From Lytechinus pictus (lineage: Eukaryota): a DNA stretch of 64,000 bases. Of this stretch, positions 13,286 through 27,590 are shown piece after piece. The position numbers and the translations under genes are program-made. The DNA is taken from the NCBI RefSeq assembly GCF_037042905.1, contig NC_087251.1:434001-498000 (forward strand), written 5' to 3'. The notes beneath the pieces were generated by a model, which saw only the letters and a list, made by a program, of their open reading frames with translations, was not told the DNA's origin and ran no database searches. The first letter of the stretch is position 1. Each line of letters begins with the position of its first letter.

Positions 13286-14289
13286 CATACATAAACCAAG
13301 TTTGAAGTAATTCCTTCAAACAGTTCTTGAATTACCAAGAAAATGAGAAGATGCATGACCTTTGATTAATATTCCCCAAACCTAATCAGATCATTATGGC
13401 ATTTTAGTAATCACTTCACAGATGCTTTCTTTAACACAGAGAATCTTTTGTCAAAAGTCACTTATAACAAAGCAGCCATTGTTGAAAATCGGTGAATCAA
13501 AACAACAGTGTCATCCTGAACTCTGGACAAAATACATATTTGCAATTTTTTGTCCAGTCCAATTCTTAAGATGATGTGCTGTCCTGGTCCACCAACTTTC
13601 AACAATGACCTCTAATCTGACCATTGCAATTTGGCGGGCAGATACAATAGATTCTGAATAATGCCAAAAGTGTCTGCGAAGTGGATGCTAAAATACACTA
13701 TTATGATTCCAAACAAGTCCTGAAAATTTGAGAGAACTTTGTTCACAAACAGCAAATATATCAGCATATCATTTTTCAATGACAATATGGACTCTATATT
13801 GAGGTGCTGAATAGCCGTTGAGAATTCAAATGTTTTGGACGTTATCACAAAGTTCTGGTTGGCAGTACTCAAATAACTCTCATTACAGACAGGTTTCACA
13901 ACCTCTGGCCAGATAATTGACATCAACAATCATGGAAATACTTACTGATTTTCTTATTTACGAAATAACTGGATACATCCCTTTAATCTACATGTATGCT
14001 ATTCATCCACATGAATGGCTACACCGAAGACAATAACTCACCAAATTCCTTGCACAGCATTCATCTCCCCCCCCCCCCGAGCGGCACGTCCAGTCACTCA
14101 TGCATAGAGACTCCATCATCCTCTTACGAGCACGAACACTGAGACACGTTGCCATGCAAGATGAGGGGCATGTCTTAAGCAAAAAGTATGCAAGGGAACA
14201 AGGAGACGAAAAAACAGAGGCCGCTACCTTCAGGGCTGAGGAGGGAAAACTTTTCTCCTCAGATGAAATATCATTCAAGGAAAAGACAG

Positions 14290-15050
14290 GAAGTGTAGGC
14301 GGAGCGCCAAAAGCGACCCTGAAAAGTCATCAAGTGGAAAAACCTTGAAAAAGGAGACAAAACGATCCGATAACTTGTTGTATTATGGGCCTTGTATCAT
14401 AAGCAGCGTGTTGCACCTGCTGAACTAAACACAACAACAAACCAGCGTGAGAGGGAGTCGCGAGACACGCTGAAAGGTTCGCGAGAAAACACAAGGGTTG
14501 AACCGAATCGGGAACCCACATTGTCTTTCAAAGACCCGGACAGGACATCAGACTCTATCCTTAGAAGGCATGGGGTCTGAAGGGGAGTTTGGAAACTCCA
14601 GTGAACCAAGCGCGATCGATTGGTTCTAGACAAAAACAAAGGTGTGGGAATTGCTAGACTACACGGAAGTCCCACCGAAATGTCCGAGAGCAAACACAAG
14701 CATGAAAAGCTACGCCTCTGGCCACAGTCCATCGGAAACAAAAAGGCAATCTTGATGGAAAGAATACGCTAAGATGCCCTGGCCACCAACTCAAAGGAGG
14801 GGTTAGTCAAGCGTCAAGTACAGACTTCATGATTTACTAAAGTCACACAAGCTGGACGTTTAAGAAAAAGAGTCTTGTAAGAAGATTATGATTGGAGATA
14901 TTTGACCATAAGGGACCGACACATAAAGGTCGCAAAAGCGGAACGATAGCCGCCGATGGTCAATAGTGATTCACCTTTGTCGGACATTCGGAATGTCTGA
15001 CAAGGGAAAAGTCGCAATTGGAGACTGGAGCCTTGCGCAGCTCAGTAGTA
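14290..15050 (-). pseudogene. DIRS tyrosine recombinase remnant
   Basis: Ordered motif remnants TIGGYRSA, FLKRP, PSFEL..AS..ILSIKIAFL...GQRRS, CPVR, SRDSLSRW and AHN/YDTR, with stops and frameshifts. Confidence 0.75.
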
Positions 15051-15129
15051 GATCGCTAGACCAATCCGTAAAAACAAGTTGTAGAATAATATAAGTCCAG
15101 AATCGGGACTCACCGGCATTCGGCTACAA

Positions 15130-15400
15130 TTATACAAGCCATATCACCAAAAACAAAAAGAATGCGAAACACATCTCAGATGCCCCCCATGCAGGGGAAG
15201 GCACCAAGAAGCTGGCCTCTTTCTCATTCGCGTGAGAACAGACCACCTGCGACTTCTGGTTGAGAGCTGTGGCAAGCCGTTCTGTTTCCAGCAGCACCGA
15301 AAAAGGGCTTGAAATGACCGAGAATCTCTGGTTGGAGAAACCACTCGAAGGGCAGTCAAAACGTGTCAAGAAAATACGACCGACCTGCTGTCTATGCGGG
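15130..15400 (-). pseudogene. DIRS RNase H/methyltransferase-like region remnant
   Basis: LATALNQKSQVVCS...AW.....FAF resembles the DIRS DLFAT..N.KL..FCS...W....YAFPP segment, in the expected position before YR. Confidence 0.55.
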
Positions 15401-16009
15401 TTAGCACAGTCCAGCCAATCTGCTTAAGCTGGGAGAGTAGGGGGAAGTTGAGCATGATTCGCATCACAAACACATACATGTGTGGCAGAGCGAGCGGCTG
15501 GGATCAGACCCCCGACCCCATCTCCCAGTACTATGACCGCCACCGCCCGAGGGCACATCGTCCGCGGCGGGCGGGAGTGAGGTGTGAAGTGGCGTGACCC
15601 GAGCGGTGTGCAGGTCTATGACGCTAGGCTGCGTTGGATGTCCACCGGACAGGGGATCCTTAACAGCAGTGAGTCTACGCCAGAATGATGGCAACGAAGA
15701 TTCCTCTGTAATGGCTTCATATGTAAGTGACTATCTAATAAGATGGCGATTAGAAATGAAATGTCATGAAGCCGGACAGTCGTAGCCAGACACGGTTCCT
15801 CAATAAGCTATGTTCCCGATGGGAACGAGCGAGGTAATGATCGGCCCTACCCTGTCAACATTAGGGTCAGCTGGACTGCTCGCCAAAATAGGTGGGCGAA
15901 GAAGTAGAACGAGGTGAGAATAAAATCACAGATCCACCAAGGCTCGGTTACTCCACTAGGCTGCCACGGCAGAGCGAACGGGAAGGCCCGATATCGGCAC
16001 TGAACGTAT

Positions 16010-16900
16010 GTGTCCCAAAAAATTTTTACATTCTAATCTGAACCTGGATGTGTTTTAAATATAGAATAAGCTGCGTATATGAATAAACATGCGCGCGCAT
16101 GTTTCAGATTTAGACCTAGAATCTGGGCATTCTAAATATATGTTTCATCACAAAAATTAATAAAGCGAGCATGAAGCGCAAGCTTAAAATATTTGATATT
16201 CCAATCTGAAAATGGGTCAATTTAAGCTCTATATTTCAAGCACTTTGTTGGAAAATTGTGAGGTGGATATGGATCGTAAAGAGCTGATATTTTTCATTAT
16301 TACTTTGAGTTTTGACATAGGACTGAGACATTCTACGGACATTATGTCATCATATGAAAATGATGACTATCTTCCTAACGCGAAATGAAACTTTTCTATA
16401 TTCCATTCTGAAAAAAGGAAAATTTGATTATTAAATTAATATCTTATTTATTAATCTAATAAGCCTAGTGAGAGCGCAAAATCTGTCAACATTATGGCCT
16501 GAAAACTGGACATTTCAAGCACTTTTGTAATTATGAGTAGGATGTATTAGTTAATATATATTTTAATAATTAACGCGAACGCAAATCGCGAGCCGAAATT
16601 TTGATAAACTGTTATGATTTAATATTGAGATATACATAGCTCACCAATCAAAATGCGAGCATGCAGTGCTAGCTGATGTTTTGATGATCAGACCTGAATA
16701 GAGATATTTTGAGAACTTTATGGAATACACGAAAGTAATAGGTACCTGACAATTTACTTATTTCATTCACTACTCTTCCTTCAATTTTTTTTCCTCCTCT
16801 TTTCCCCTCCTTTTTTTCTTCTCTGTTTTTTTCTTCTTTTTTTGCTCCGCCAATAGGGGGGGGGCCCAAGCCCCCCCCCCCCCCCCCCGATCCGCCTATG
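16010..16900. mobile_element. Truncated non-autonomous element inserted in DIRS
   Basis: Abrupt AT-rich block with degenerate internal repeats (TTGATATT..A.CTGAAAA), ending in polyG/polyC and GATCCGCCTATG. Confidence 0.55.
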
Positions 16901-18622
16901 TAGATGTGAGGGAGTTACCGCTGAAAGAGTCGGAGCCGTGATGAATTGACTGGAGTGAATCCAGAAGATCAGCAGCACCTATATATTAAAAGGAGTTACC
17001 CATGCAGGTGAGCGAACCAGAGATTTAGATGAATCACTGACGGCTCCCCAGGGTGCAGGCTGGCGGGTGTCCGTGATTGATTCGCTCTGTGCACGACACC
17101 AGATTAAAGCTGACAGAGAGCATGGGGGGAAAAGCCTGCTCTTCTCGAGGGTGTGCTAAAGCAACATAAAAAGTTGCGAAGCCCAGCCATCAACTATCGG
17201 GAGCTTGCCGACATGCTGGGACTGAGACCCGTATGTCGGTAGCACCTGCATACTAACGGGGTCACCCCTGCAGGTGAGCTGGTAGGCCACTCTCAAGGAG
17301 AGAGATGGCGGGTGTCTGCTTGAAAAAAAGAAAAAAGAATCCCTGGTCTTAGGTGTAGCCATTCATGTCGATGAATAGCATAGATTCACACCTGCCAACC
17401 TTTGATAATAAAAAATCAGTATCAAAGCTACGAGGGCGCCGAGCAGGTGTCCGGCCCGCTCCAACGGTAGGGACTCTTTGCATTTTCAGCATGTAAAAGA
17501 AGCATTTCCCTGCACTTTTAAAGCAAATTTACCCTCATTACCACATCAGAGGATGACCTACATGTAGAGTCTACCTTCATTTACCAATTAACAATTAAAA
17601 AAAGGTCTTTAAAATATCACTTTTGTGACAAAAAAACACCAAGTGTCATTCAGGTGTGATTTGTTTTCATTTGAATCTATTTAGACTTAGGAATAATTTT
17701 TCTTGTTCACCAAAAACTTTAATTTTGAGCATATTTTTGTGAGGCCCTCTATTGGTGGAAAGTGAGATTGATGCAGATCTTCATCTCCACAGATTCTCTT
17801 TTTAATTAGAAAAAATTAATTTCAAGAATTCAATTGAGTTTTGGGCTAAGGCATATTTTTCATGATGAATTTAGATTTAATTTAGCCCTACTGTATTAAA
17901 AACTGACGTGCCAAAAAAAAAAACATGAATCTATTTATCCAGCCCATTTATCAATCATGCATCAAGGGGAAATAAGCCAAACATTGACAATCTTATTCAT
18001 GTTATTTCACCACACAGGGGTTACTGACTGAGGACAAGGTTATATCATAACCGACATTGGATAAGTGCTTGTTGGTATAAGAAAGCAGATTTTCAACCAT
18101 GACAAATACGGAGCCGAAACTAACGACTGCATGCGCCCGACCCGCACCCACCACTGCACTCGCGGTGCGCTGGTGAGACGTGGAGGCCGAGGCGCAGCAA
18201 CTTGGCGGGCGCCGGGAGTTTAGGCAAGCGAAGCAAGTACTAGATTTGGTGTTTGGCTCCGAAGGTTTAACTCGAGATCAGAAGTTGATAATCTCCTTTC
18301 TTCCTCAAAAATTTGACATTTATTCGAAAAATATAGTACAGATCAATGTTAAAATTGCGTAGGGATAGATCTAACTTAGAGTAACTGCGTCGGTGCGCGG
18401 CCGGGCGGGGGTTAGTGTGCAGCCGTTGATCATCGCATCAGCGCTGCCCAAGCAGACTCGGCAATATACCACTGAAATCACCAACACACTACACATTCAC
18501 TAACTCACTCCCACACTACAAAATCATCCGGCGACATAGGCAAAACCTCAAATAAAAAGTGATATTTTGTTACCTAAATCACCATATTTCGCGTCAAAAG
18601 TATCACCATCGATGATTCTTAA

Positions 18623-18862
18623 AGATAAATTCCAGTTGTGGGGACGATCTCAAAATGACTTTTTACAGAATTTAATATAATGATCACCAAAGTGTCTGTT
18701 TGTATGAATAAAAAATATGTGCCAAAAGATTCTGGAAGAAATTGTGTCATTGCTGAGAAATAAGCAAAATAAGCGCGTATTCTGTCACTTCCGTCGGGTC
18801 TTTATTCCAGCAATAATAATACACTGTCCCACGTGTGCCTATCTGTGTTGGCGATCTTCAGT
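18623..18862. mobile_element. Kolobok MITE 5' half, fused by deletion to a Helentron-like element
   Basis: TTAA|AGATAAATTCCAGTTGTGG start, then an abrupt switch at ~18863 to the sequence seen inside 47600-48612. Confidence 0.5.
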
Positions 18863-19957
18863 TATAAAATAATCATTCACAAAAACACCATTCATATAAT
18901 GACATAATACCACGTTCATTGACCATAGATGACATTTGAACAGTGACTTAAGACTTGTCAACTACACCCATGTCCACATTTCATTCACTCTATCCATAAA
19001 CTTTCAAAGTTATGATGGCAATTGAACAATTACCCCAACATGGCCTAAGTTTATTGACCTTAACTGACCTTTGACCTTGGTTTTGTGACCTGAAACTAAC
19101 AGGGGATGTTCAGTGATACTTGATTACTCTGATATCCCAAGTTTTATGAAATAGATCCATAAACTTCAGAGTTAGGATGGTAATTCAACAAATACCCCCA
19201 ACACGGCCAAAGTTCATTGACCTGAAATGACCTTTGACCATGGTCACGTGACCTGAAACTCGTACAGGATGTTCAGTGATACTCGATTACTCTTATGTCC
19301 AAGTTTTATGAACTAGATCCATAAACCTTCAGAGTTAGGATGGTAATTTAACAAAGACCCCCAACACGGCCAAAGTTCATTGACCTTAAATGACCTTTGA
19401 CCATGGTCATGTGACCTGAAACTCAGGAAGGATGTTCACTAATACTTGATTAACCTTATGTCCAAGTTTCATTAACTAGATCCATAAATTTTAAAGTTAT
19501 GATAGTAATTCAACAAATACCCCCAACTTGACCAAAGTTCATTGACCCTAAATGACCTTTGACCTTGGTCATGTGACCTGAAACTCGAGCAAGATGTTCA
19601 CTAATACTTGATTAACCTTATGTCCAAGTTTCATGAACTAGGTCCATATACTTTCTAAGTTATGATGTCATTTCAAAAACTTAACCTTTGGTTAAGATTT
19701 TGAAAATAATTATCCCAACATAGTCTAAGTTCATTGACCCTAAATGACCTTTGACCTTAGTCATGTGACCTGAAACTCAGGCAGGATGTTCAGTAATACT
19801 TGATTAACCTTATGTCCAAGTTTCATGAACTAGGTCCATATACTTTCTAAGTTATGATGTCATTTCAAAAACTTAACCTTAGGTTAAGATTTGATGTTGA
19901 CGCCGCCGCCGTCGGAAAAGCCGCGCCTATAGTCTCGCTCTGCTATGCAGGCGAGAC
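18863..19957. mobile_element. Helentron/HINE-like element (one end truncated) with ~163-bp internal tandem repeats
   Basis: Colinear with 47600-48612. Repeated TGACCTTTGACC(A/T)TGGTCATGTGACCTGAAACTC units and terminal hairpin GTCTCGC...GCGAGAC followed by an A-run. Confidence 0.85.
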
Positions 19958-21579
19958 AAAAATAATAAAAAAACATGAAGAATACGACAACACCTCAAAA
20001 TGTAGCGCCCTAAGTGCGGCCGTTGCGTGTACGTACGCTCGTTATTTTCACATGCATTTGCAATGGAACTGGGCACTTAGCAGTGTTTGCGCGCCGTTTA
20101 AAGTCGCTCTCTGTGTATATAGTGTAGCTAGCGCATTTGCGTAGCCGTGCGCTCCAGTCGTTTATGCGTTAGTCGCATCTTACAGCTGTGCATGCGTTAG
20201 TCGCATCATACAGTCGTTTCAATAATTTCAACACTATATTGATTAACCCAAAAATCAGAATTTTGGTTTTAAAATTCGGAATTTGGAATGGAAGTCGAAA
20301 AATCGGTATAATTCTGCCAAAATCGGAATGGTTGGCAGGTATGTAGATTAAAGGGATGTATCCCAGTTATTGATAGTAATTGGCAGAGCTGCCAACATTG
20401 GGAAGATAGAATCCAGTAGATTTCGCGGAGGTCTGATTTTGTGAGGGAGCGGCAGAACATTGTCCCACGAATGGGAGTTATGGGTAGCAAAACACATTAA
20501 GAAACAACATTTGATAGTAACCGACAGCTGTCTAAACCATCAAAACTTTTTGAAAATAGATAAATTATGCACATTAGAGTGATTTCATGAATTGTCATTG
20601 ACTTAATATATACTTCAGGCAATACAGTAAATTTTTTTCATAATTCATAAAAATGCATTCAACATGAAAATACCTTAATTGTCCAGAGGGGGAAGGGGCT
20701 GCAGTAGTGGTAAACATGGTAAATGAGCTTGCCTAGCGCTGGCCCTGCAAAGACTTATAATTATATGTGGCCTGTTTAAAGTCTCTGAGGGATTCCTGTG
20801 AAAATTGTCACACAATCCCATTCCGCTTGAAAATTATCTTTATACTTCGAAAAGTATTTTGTCATCTTGGTCTTGGATGACTCCATCTCCATGATCTCCA
20901 TCGTCACTGACGATGTGATTGTAGTGTGGATGAATCGGGCAGGGCGTGCTTCGCACAGTTCAGCCAGCCAGCGCCAGACCAGGCTATATAGCTCACTCAC
21001 GAAAGAGAAAGTGTTCGAATCCGATCAACCGAAGTGAAAGTACCGTAGGCGAAAAAATCTCCACTTTGCTTCTGTTCTTCAGGATTGTCAATAAAATTAT
21101 TCCTGAAAGTCGGGGTGTAATAGTAATCCACTTGTTAATCCCATCGTTGATCCAGTTTCAGCTCGAATAAAGCGCACACAAGCTTACGAAAAATGCCTTG
21201 CAGTGCTCGTGGACTTCCCTTCTCGTAGCCTCCTGGCGCAGCGCGGCCGGCCAGAGACCAGGCAGGGCCGCGTCGGGGCGCATGTGCATAGAGTGCCGCT
21301 GAAGTGTTTCCATCACACACATTGCAGAACCCGGAAATAAATGGCTTGTTAGACTAAGGGAGCCCATCCATATTGTATTGGCAGCGTGCACCCCGCGAGC
21401 ACACCCCCGCTGCAGTAATTAGTGAACAGGATGTATCTCCCCGCTAGACGCAGCTAGCGGCGGCGCGCTGCTCAGATTAAAGCAGATTAACAGGAATCAT
21501 TAATCCTAGATTTTATCCTTGCAGCTTGCACACGGCCAACTTGCAAGCGAATACTCGTACTCAAATGATGTGCTTCTTT

Positions 21580-23260
21580 CTAAATCCGTTGGTGAAATGT
21601 GCGCGACCGATGCGGTGATTTTTCTTGTCCGCCCGACACGAAATGGAGGTATTGAACTATGAAATATTGAGCTTAAAAGAGTCTTAGATTTTTAGCAAAA
21701 TACTTCTTGTACGTTTCGAGGTGGAAAGATTCATATTGATATGAGTTATATATTATTTCCCTTGCGTAAAAATTATCTATTTCTTCCAACAAAGTACGAT
21801 CATCACTTGTTCTTAATCCGACCCGACATGAAATAGGGCATAGTATCTTCTAGCAATGTAAAATTATCGCTTGCGTGTTTGTTTGGGTCCGTTCTGGCAC
21901 GAAATGAACTTATAAAAGAATGAAATATTGAGCTAAAAAGTGTCTTAAAAACTTTTAAAAATATTTCTGGTACGTTTCAATGTGGAAAGATTCGTATTCA
22001 TGTAATTAAACTTGCGAAATAATTATGTATTTCTTCGAACAATGTACGATAATCGCTTGTTCTTGAATTCGACCAGACATTTAATAAAACAAAATGCATG
22101 GAATGTTAAAAGATAACACGGGTCGTAGATTATTCTAAATATACTTTTAAATAGTTTTAAGGCGGAAAGAATCTAATTACCTTTCGTAATAATCTATGGT
22201 ATTTTCCAACAATGTACGATTATCGCCTGTGTGTTTTTTTTTTCCACTCTGGCACGAAATAAAGGTATAAAATAATGAAATGTTGAACTAAAAGTGTCTT
22301 AAATGATTTTGAAAATATTTCTGGTACGTTTCAAGGTGGAAAGATTCGTATTCATAAAGTTAAACTTGCAAAATAATCACGTATTTCTTTGAACAATGTA
22401 CGATAATCGCTTGTTCTTGAATTCCACCAGACATTTAATAAAACAAAATATATGGAATATTGATAGATAACACGGGTCCTAGATTATTCGAAATATACTT
22501 TTAAATAGTTTTAAGGCGGAAAGAATCTAATTACCTTTCGTAGTAATCTACGGTATTTTCCAACAATGTACGATTATCGTTTGTGTGTTTGTTTCCGCTC
22601 TGGCACGAAATGAAGGTATAACACAATGAAATACATGTATTGAGCTAAAAGTGTCTTAAATGGTATAAAAAAAATTCTGGTACATTTCTAGGTGGAAAGA
22701 TTCGTATTCATATGATTAAACTTGCGAAATAATTACGTTTTTTTTTTAACGATGTACGATAATCGCTTGCTCTTGAATTCGACCAGACATTTAATAAAAC
22801 AAAATATATGGAATATTGACAGATAACACGGGTCCTAGATTATTCGAAAATAGTTTTAAGGCGGAAATAAAATAACTATTCTATTCTTCGAACAATGTAC
22901 GATGATAACTCGTTCTTGAATCCGACCCGACATGAAATGAAGCAAAATATTTGGAATGTTAATAGATAAAACGGGTCGTAGATTTCTAAATAGTTACGAG
23001 GCGGAAAGCATCTGACTGCCTTTCGCAATAATCTATGGTATTTTTCAACAATGTACGATTATATCTTGTGTGTTTATTTCTGCTCCAACACGAAATGAAG
23101 GTATAAATGTGCGAAATATTGAGCCAAAAACTGTCTTATAAATGATCTAGAAAATACTTCTAGTACGTTTCAAGGTGGAAGGATACATATATATCTAATT
23201 AACCCTGCTTAAAAATTAAATATTTCTTCCACCAATGTACGATAATCGCTTGTTCCTGTT
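21580..23260 (+). repeat. Tandem array of ~170-185-bp subunits forming ~355-bp dimers, inside the Harbinger-like element
   Basis: ATGTACGAT recurs every ~150-185 bp and TGGCACGAAAT every ~350 bp. Inverted copies at ~25920-26130 and 27595-27845, diverged copies at 31100-31640. Confidence 0.8.
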
Positions 23261-24104
23261 TTAGAATGATATAATTCACCTTGCCATTAATTTGATGGTT
23301 CAAATTACAAAATTTGTTATTTTATGCCATAATATTTTATGCAAAAGTATTCGAATAATTTCATTTCATTTTTACATAATCATTGGATTATTTGGTCACA
23401 GCAGGTGAGTATAATAGTGCTTCTTCGCAATTCATTATGACTGTTTTCATACTCGTACATGTATACACAATTAATCAATTTAATGAAAAACGCTCAAGCG
23501 CAATGAAAAGAGCAGGATCTTTCGCAGAATATTTATGTCCGCTACGCCCATGACCCTTCAATGATAATTAATCAATATAATCTACGTCGGATACTTTCTT
23601 TGAAAAGAACTCGCCGCGCATTATATGGTGAAAGCAAATGGACGCTTTGATCTTTAATAACTTAAACAGCACCTTTGTTAGGTATTTCTTAATCAGTTAA
23701 TCTTAAAAGGGGATAAGAAGGAACATCCTGTGGAGTCTCTACTTTTTGCCCTCTTATAATATTTTAATGCTATTAAAAGTCATCCAACACTAAAATCTTT
23801 TGAAAAATTGGTCAACGATTTCATGTAAACGGGGGGGGGGGGGGGGGGGGGGGCGGCGAAACTTATTAGACCTATAAAATCCTGGGCACGTTGAAATCAA
23901 CAAAGTATGTATAGCTCTATGGTATAATTATGTACATATATATTTTTTAGGGCGGTAATGTCAATAGGCATCCAAACAGAATACCTCGTTAGAAGGCGGG
24001 ATTATTAGAACTTTGATTCTAACTTACCTTTTGTATCGGCGTGGGGATACAAAATCTATGCAAATTGTTAACATAATTAAATTTCCCCCCCCCCCCCCCC
24101 ACTC

Positions 24105-24495
24105 TTATGCACCAGTTTATCATGCCTTTCTTTGTAACCTGTTTGACCCACCTCTCACTAATTCTCTTGCTATTCATCCCATTATCACTGTTTTGTTCCA
24201 GATCCTGTTTGATGTTGCCTGCCTCATTATCTTAATCCCTCTTGGCTTGAGGTCTTTTACTGGCCTTACTTACACTGACTTCCCTTTGTGTCTGCCTACT
24301 CCTTTTCTTTCATCCCCTTCACTAACCTGATTGGTCTTCTCTACTCACTAATGCCCCTTTTGTCTCCTTGTTTCTAGCGTTGCTGTAGCTTGTTTGTGGT
24401 CTATATTATGGTTGTTCCACTTTATATGTTTGTCATTTTGCCTCCGACGAAGATTCTGCTAGGATCGAAAGCTTAGGCCCCTTTTTGACTTTCTA
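24105..24495 (+). mobile_element. Penelope-like element terminal (pseudo-LTR) fragment
   Basis: CT-rich stretch ending in CCTCCGACGAAGATTCTGCTAGGATCGAAAGC, which resembles the Penelope CTGA(T/C)GA...CGAAA hammerhead-like core. Confidence 0.5.
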
Positions 24496-26136
24496 ATAAT
24501 TAAAAGAAAGATAAACTTAAAAATCGGGGGGGGGGGGGGTATAAAACCAAGTCAATACTAATGTGGGCACTTATGGGTGTAACTCCTAGATTTACCCGGG
24601 ACCACAATGCCTTGTCGCCTTTTCAGCTACTTTAAGATATATGCCTCATTATATTGCTATATAACTAAGATCAAATTTCATTTGGCCTTTGTAAATGGCG
24701 CAAGCACGAGAACACGACACGAACTGCGCTTGAATTTTTTATAAGGCAGATCTTTAACAATTTAGATAGTTTTGACAAGTAGAGAACGTTCGTAAATAAT
24801 CAAATGAAATAAAGCTTCCATTTGTTGGGGGAGCCAGGGAGAGGGTGGGGGTGAGCAGGGAGGTACATGTATGGCAATTTTGTGTCCCCTACGCTTAACT
24901 GACTTTTGGAAGGACGTGTTCCCCCCCCCCCCCCCCCCGCCTACCACCACATGTTTGATGTCCAACTACCCAAAACATATAATGTCGGCTTGGTCGCTAT
25001 TTATAAAATCCCGTTCTTTAAATCTTCATGATCTATTTTTCACATTTGTTTTTTTTTAACATCCTTTAATTCATTGCATTTGCTTTCTTTTCTCCGTTTT
25101 CACACTTTATTTTGCTCTCGCGATTTTTCAAATTACATTGACAAATTATAATTACCCGAAACACTTTTGAAATATAATGTTCGTCTGTCTATTGCGTGCT
25201 CATTGTTCATAGTTTCATCTTGGGGTTTATTTTTGCACCACTTGGAATAACGTCAACATGGTCAGGCTTCCTGCTTTCACTCCTGTTCAAAGAAATCTTG
25301 TAATAGTTATTTTTGCCAAGAAATGCACAAAGATCGTCCAGACAAAAAAAAAACCGAGATGCCAACGTTAGTGTTTTCATTGAAGCTCGGGCTCAATGAA
25401 TTCGATCATGAGGACTAATCACTCCTTTGTGAAATGACGAAGTGCCAGTTGCTCGAACTTGTCACAATAGCTCTAATTCTATAGGGAATTAAATCTATTG
25501 TTCCTTCGCATTTTATCGTTGAGAGGATAAAAGCATTGCAGCTCTAACTTTGTTGAAAAATTAGACACAGGAGAGAAGTGACGCTTTTTGGACGAAATTG
25601 TTAGAAAAAGACGAGATGTAAAATAATCATCAACAACTGCGTATGCATCAATTAACTAGAAATGGCACGAACATGGCAATGATTCTGCATGGAGTGGAAA
25701 TAGAACATATCGTCCCTTTTTCAGTCCACGTTCATTTACCGCCATGTGATGTGCATCTAGAGCAATATAAAATTCTGAACGCAAATTGTATGAATATATG
25801 CGGATCATTATTTATGTACATTACTATATTTTTAAAATCCCCTTGCCCGGCATCCGGGGTAGGAGGATGGGCGGCAGCAGGGTAATTTTGATTAGGGGGA
25901 GGAGTAACTTTTTTTAATACTTAATTTCATATCGGGTCGGATCAAGAACAAGCAATAGTTGCATCTTGTTAGAAGATGTAGATATTATAGCGTAGGGAGA
26001 ATTAGATTCTTTCCGTTCCAAAACTCTTCTGAAGTATATTTTTAATAATTTAAGATCGTTATGAACTCGATATTTGTCAATCTTATACCGCCATTTTATG
26101 TCGGGTCGGATCTCTTTCCGATTCGAAACCTTTTAA

Positions 26137-27590
26137 AGTTGAATTAAGAAGGGGGTGAGTTTCCATAAATATAGGTTCTACATACAATATATAGTATATA
26201 TAAGTTGTTCAAACACATAGCATGTCACAATAATCCTCTGCCTTCTCGATATTTTGCTTTGAAAGTCTATGAAATTAGCCACCTGTCAGAGCCCGAGAGA
26301 CGAGTGTACAGAAAAGTCACTCGGAGTGTGACGTCACCGGGGGGAATTTAGTATAAGAGGTGCCTGAATGTCATACAGAAATGCTATGCAGAGAGAGAAA
26401 GATATTTTACAATTTTTTTTCAAAGCAACTCAAATCAAACAAATAGGACTGATATGTACAAATCTTTACTTTCCCTGTATAAAAAACAGTATGAATAACC
26501 ACCATGAACTCTTCAATCATGATGTAAGATAGCAAACAGTGAGTTATTGAATGATATTTTCACTATTTCTCATTTATTTTATCACGATGTTCAATCAAGT
26601 GAGTAGCTGGAAAGTAATTCCGGCGGCTAGCTCAGCGCGCGCTGAACGCATAATACTAGTACACACAATACCCAGGCATTGAGTGTACTGTTATGGTCTG
26701 GTATGTCGACTTAGTTCATGGCCGTGCAGCGATCCCCTGGCGTTTTTTCTTCTTTTCTTTTGTCTTTGACTCCACTTTTATATCCTCTGGATCATTTCCA
26801 CTCATAGCTCATTCCACAGAACAATCTTGAACCAAACGTATAGTATTCTCTCTCGGCCTTCTGAGTTGTTTTCTATATTTAATTACGCTAGGGGTCACCG
26901 TCACACATACAAACGCAATTCGGAAGTGAGTTGAAGACAGAAAGATATATAGTAATTAGTATACATCTCTATGGTTGAAGACAACAAGAACGGTACGGTA
27001 GCTCGACAGCTAGCTGCGCCGGAGCGGGCGGCCGGTCGGCACGTAAAGCAATTCCGCAACCAACTGTGTTTTTTTGCAAGAGCCGCGTCACACGCGGATA
27101 AATATGTCATAATAACACGTCTGCTACGGTATCGACTGGTGAGAAGATCTCGATCAAATTTCATATTATTCACCTTGAAATTATTCCTTTAGGGTCTATG
27201 GTATCATTCTGAGGGAATTCACATATTTGGAATAATAGTACGGCCACAAATATTTTAATCATTTCCTCTTTGCAAGTTCTATGGCTCGCAGATACAACTT
27301 CAACTGCAGTTATTCCATATGAAGGAGTACGTGCATAGTACACAAAACGGCACTGCCTTGATTACTACACCGGGACCGAATACCCCCCGGTGACATCACA
27401 CTCAAAGAACACCCGTCTCGGTAGGCATTGCAGGAGCGAACTCAGGGAAAATGGGTAGGGATAAATCGTTCAAATTCACTATTTTGAAAAAAGAAAATGG
27501 GGGTCGAATCACCTATTAGTGTTTGGGGGGTTGTAAGGTTGCTATTAATGTAAATATCTCAATATTTGGAATCGTCTTCTTAATTCAACT
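26137..27590. mobile_element. Kolobok-type non-autonomous element
   Basis: TTAA|AGTTGAATTAAGAAG...CTTCTTAATTCAACT|TTAA. Inner inverted GTGTGACGTCACCGGGGGG motifs. Confidence 0.85.

Larger units (their letters stand above)
17387..20343. mobile_element. hAT-like element with 6-bp TSD, inserted in the DIRS ITR
   Basis: TIR CACACCTGCCAACC / GGTTGGCAGGTATG, TAGATT on both sides. The DIRS ITR rejoins when it is removed. Confidence 0.85.
13936..20375 (-). mobile_element. Decayed DIRS1-like tyrosine-recombinase retrotransposon, interrupted by insertions at ~16010-16900 and 17387-20343
   Basis: Inverted terminal repeats: 13963-14030 vs 17346-17386 plus 20344-20370 (35/37 match in the core). Frameshifted YR motifs and a DIRS MT-like segment on the minus strand. 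Confidence 0.8.

Noticed and set aside
18100..21350. GC/CpG-rich patches as promoters of nested host genes (also ~26900, 32850, 45150, 51300, 59900)
   Set aside because: All fall within TIR/TSD-bounded transposons and are best explained as transposase promoter or subterminal regions.
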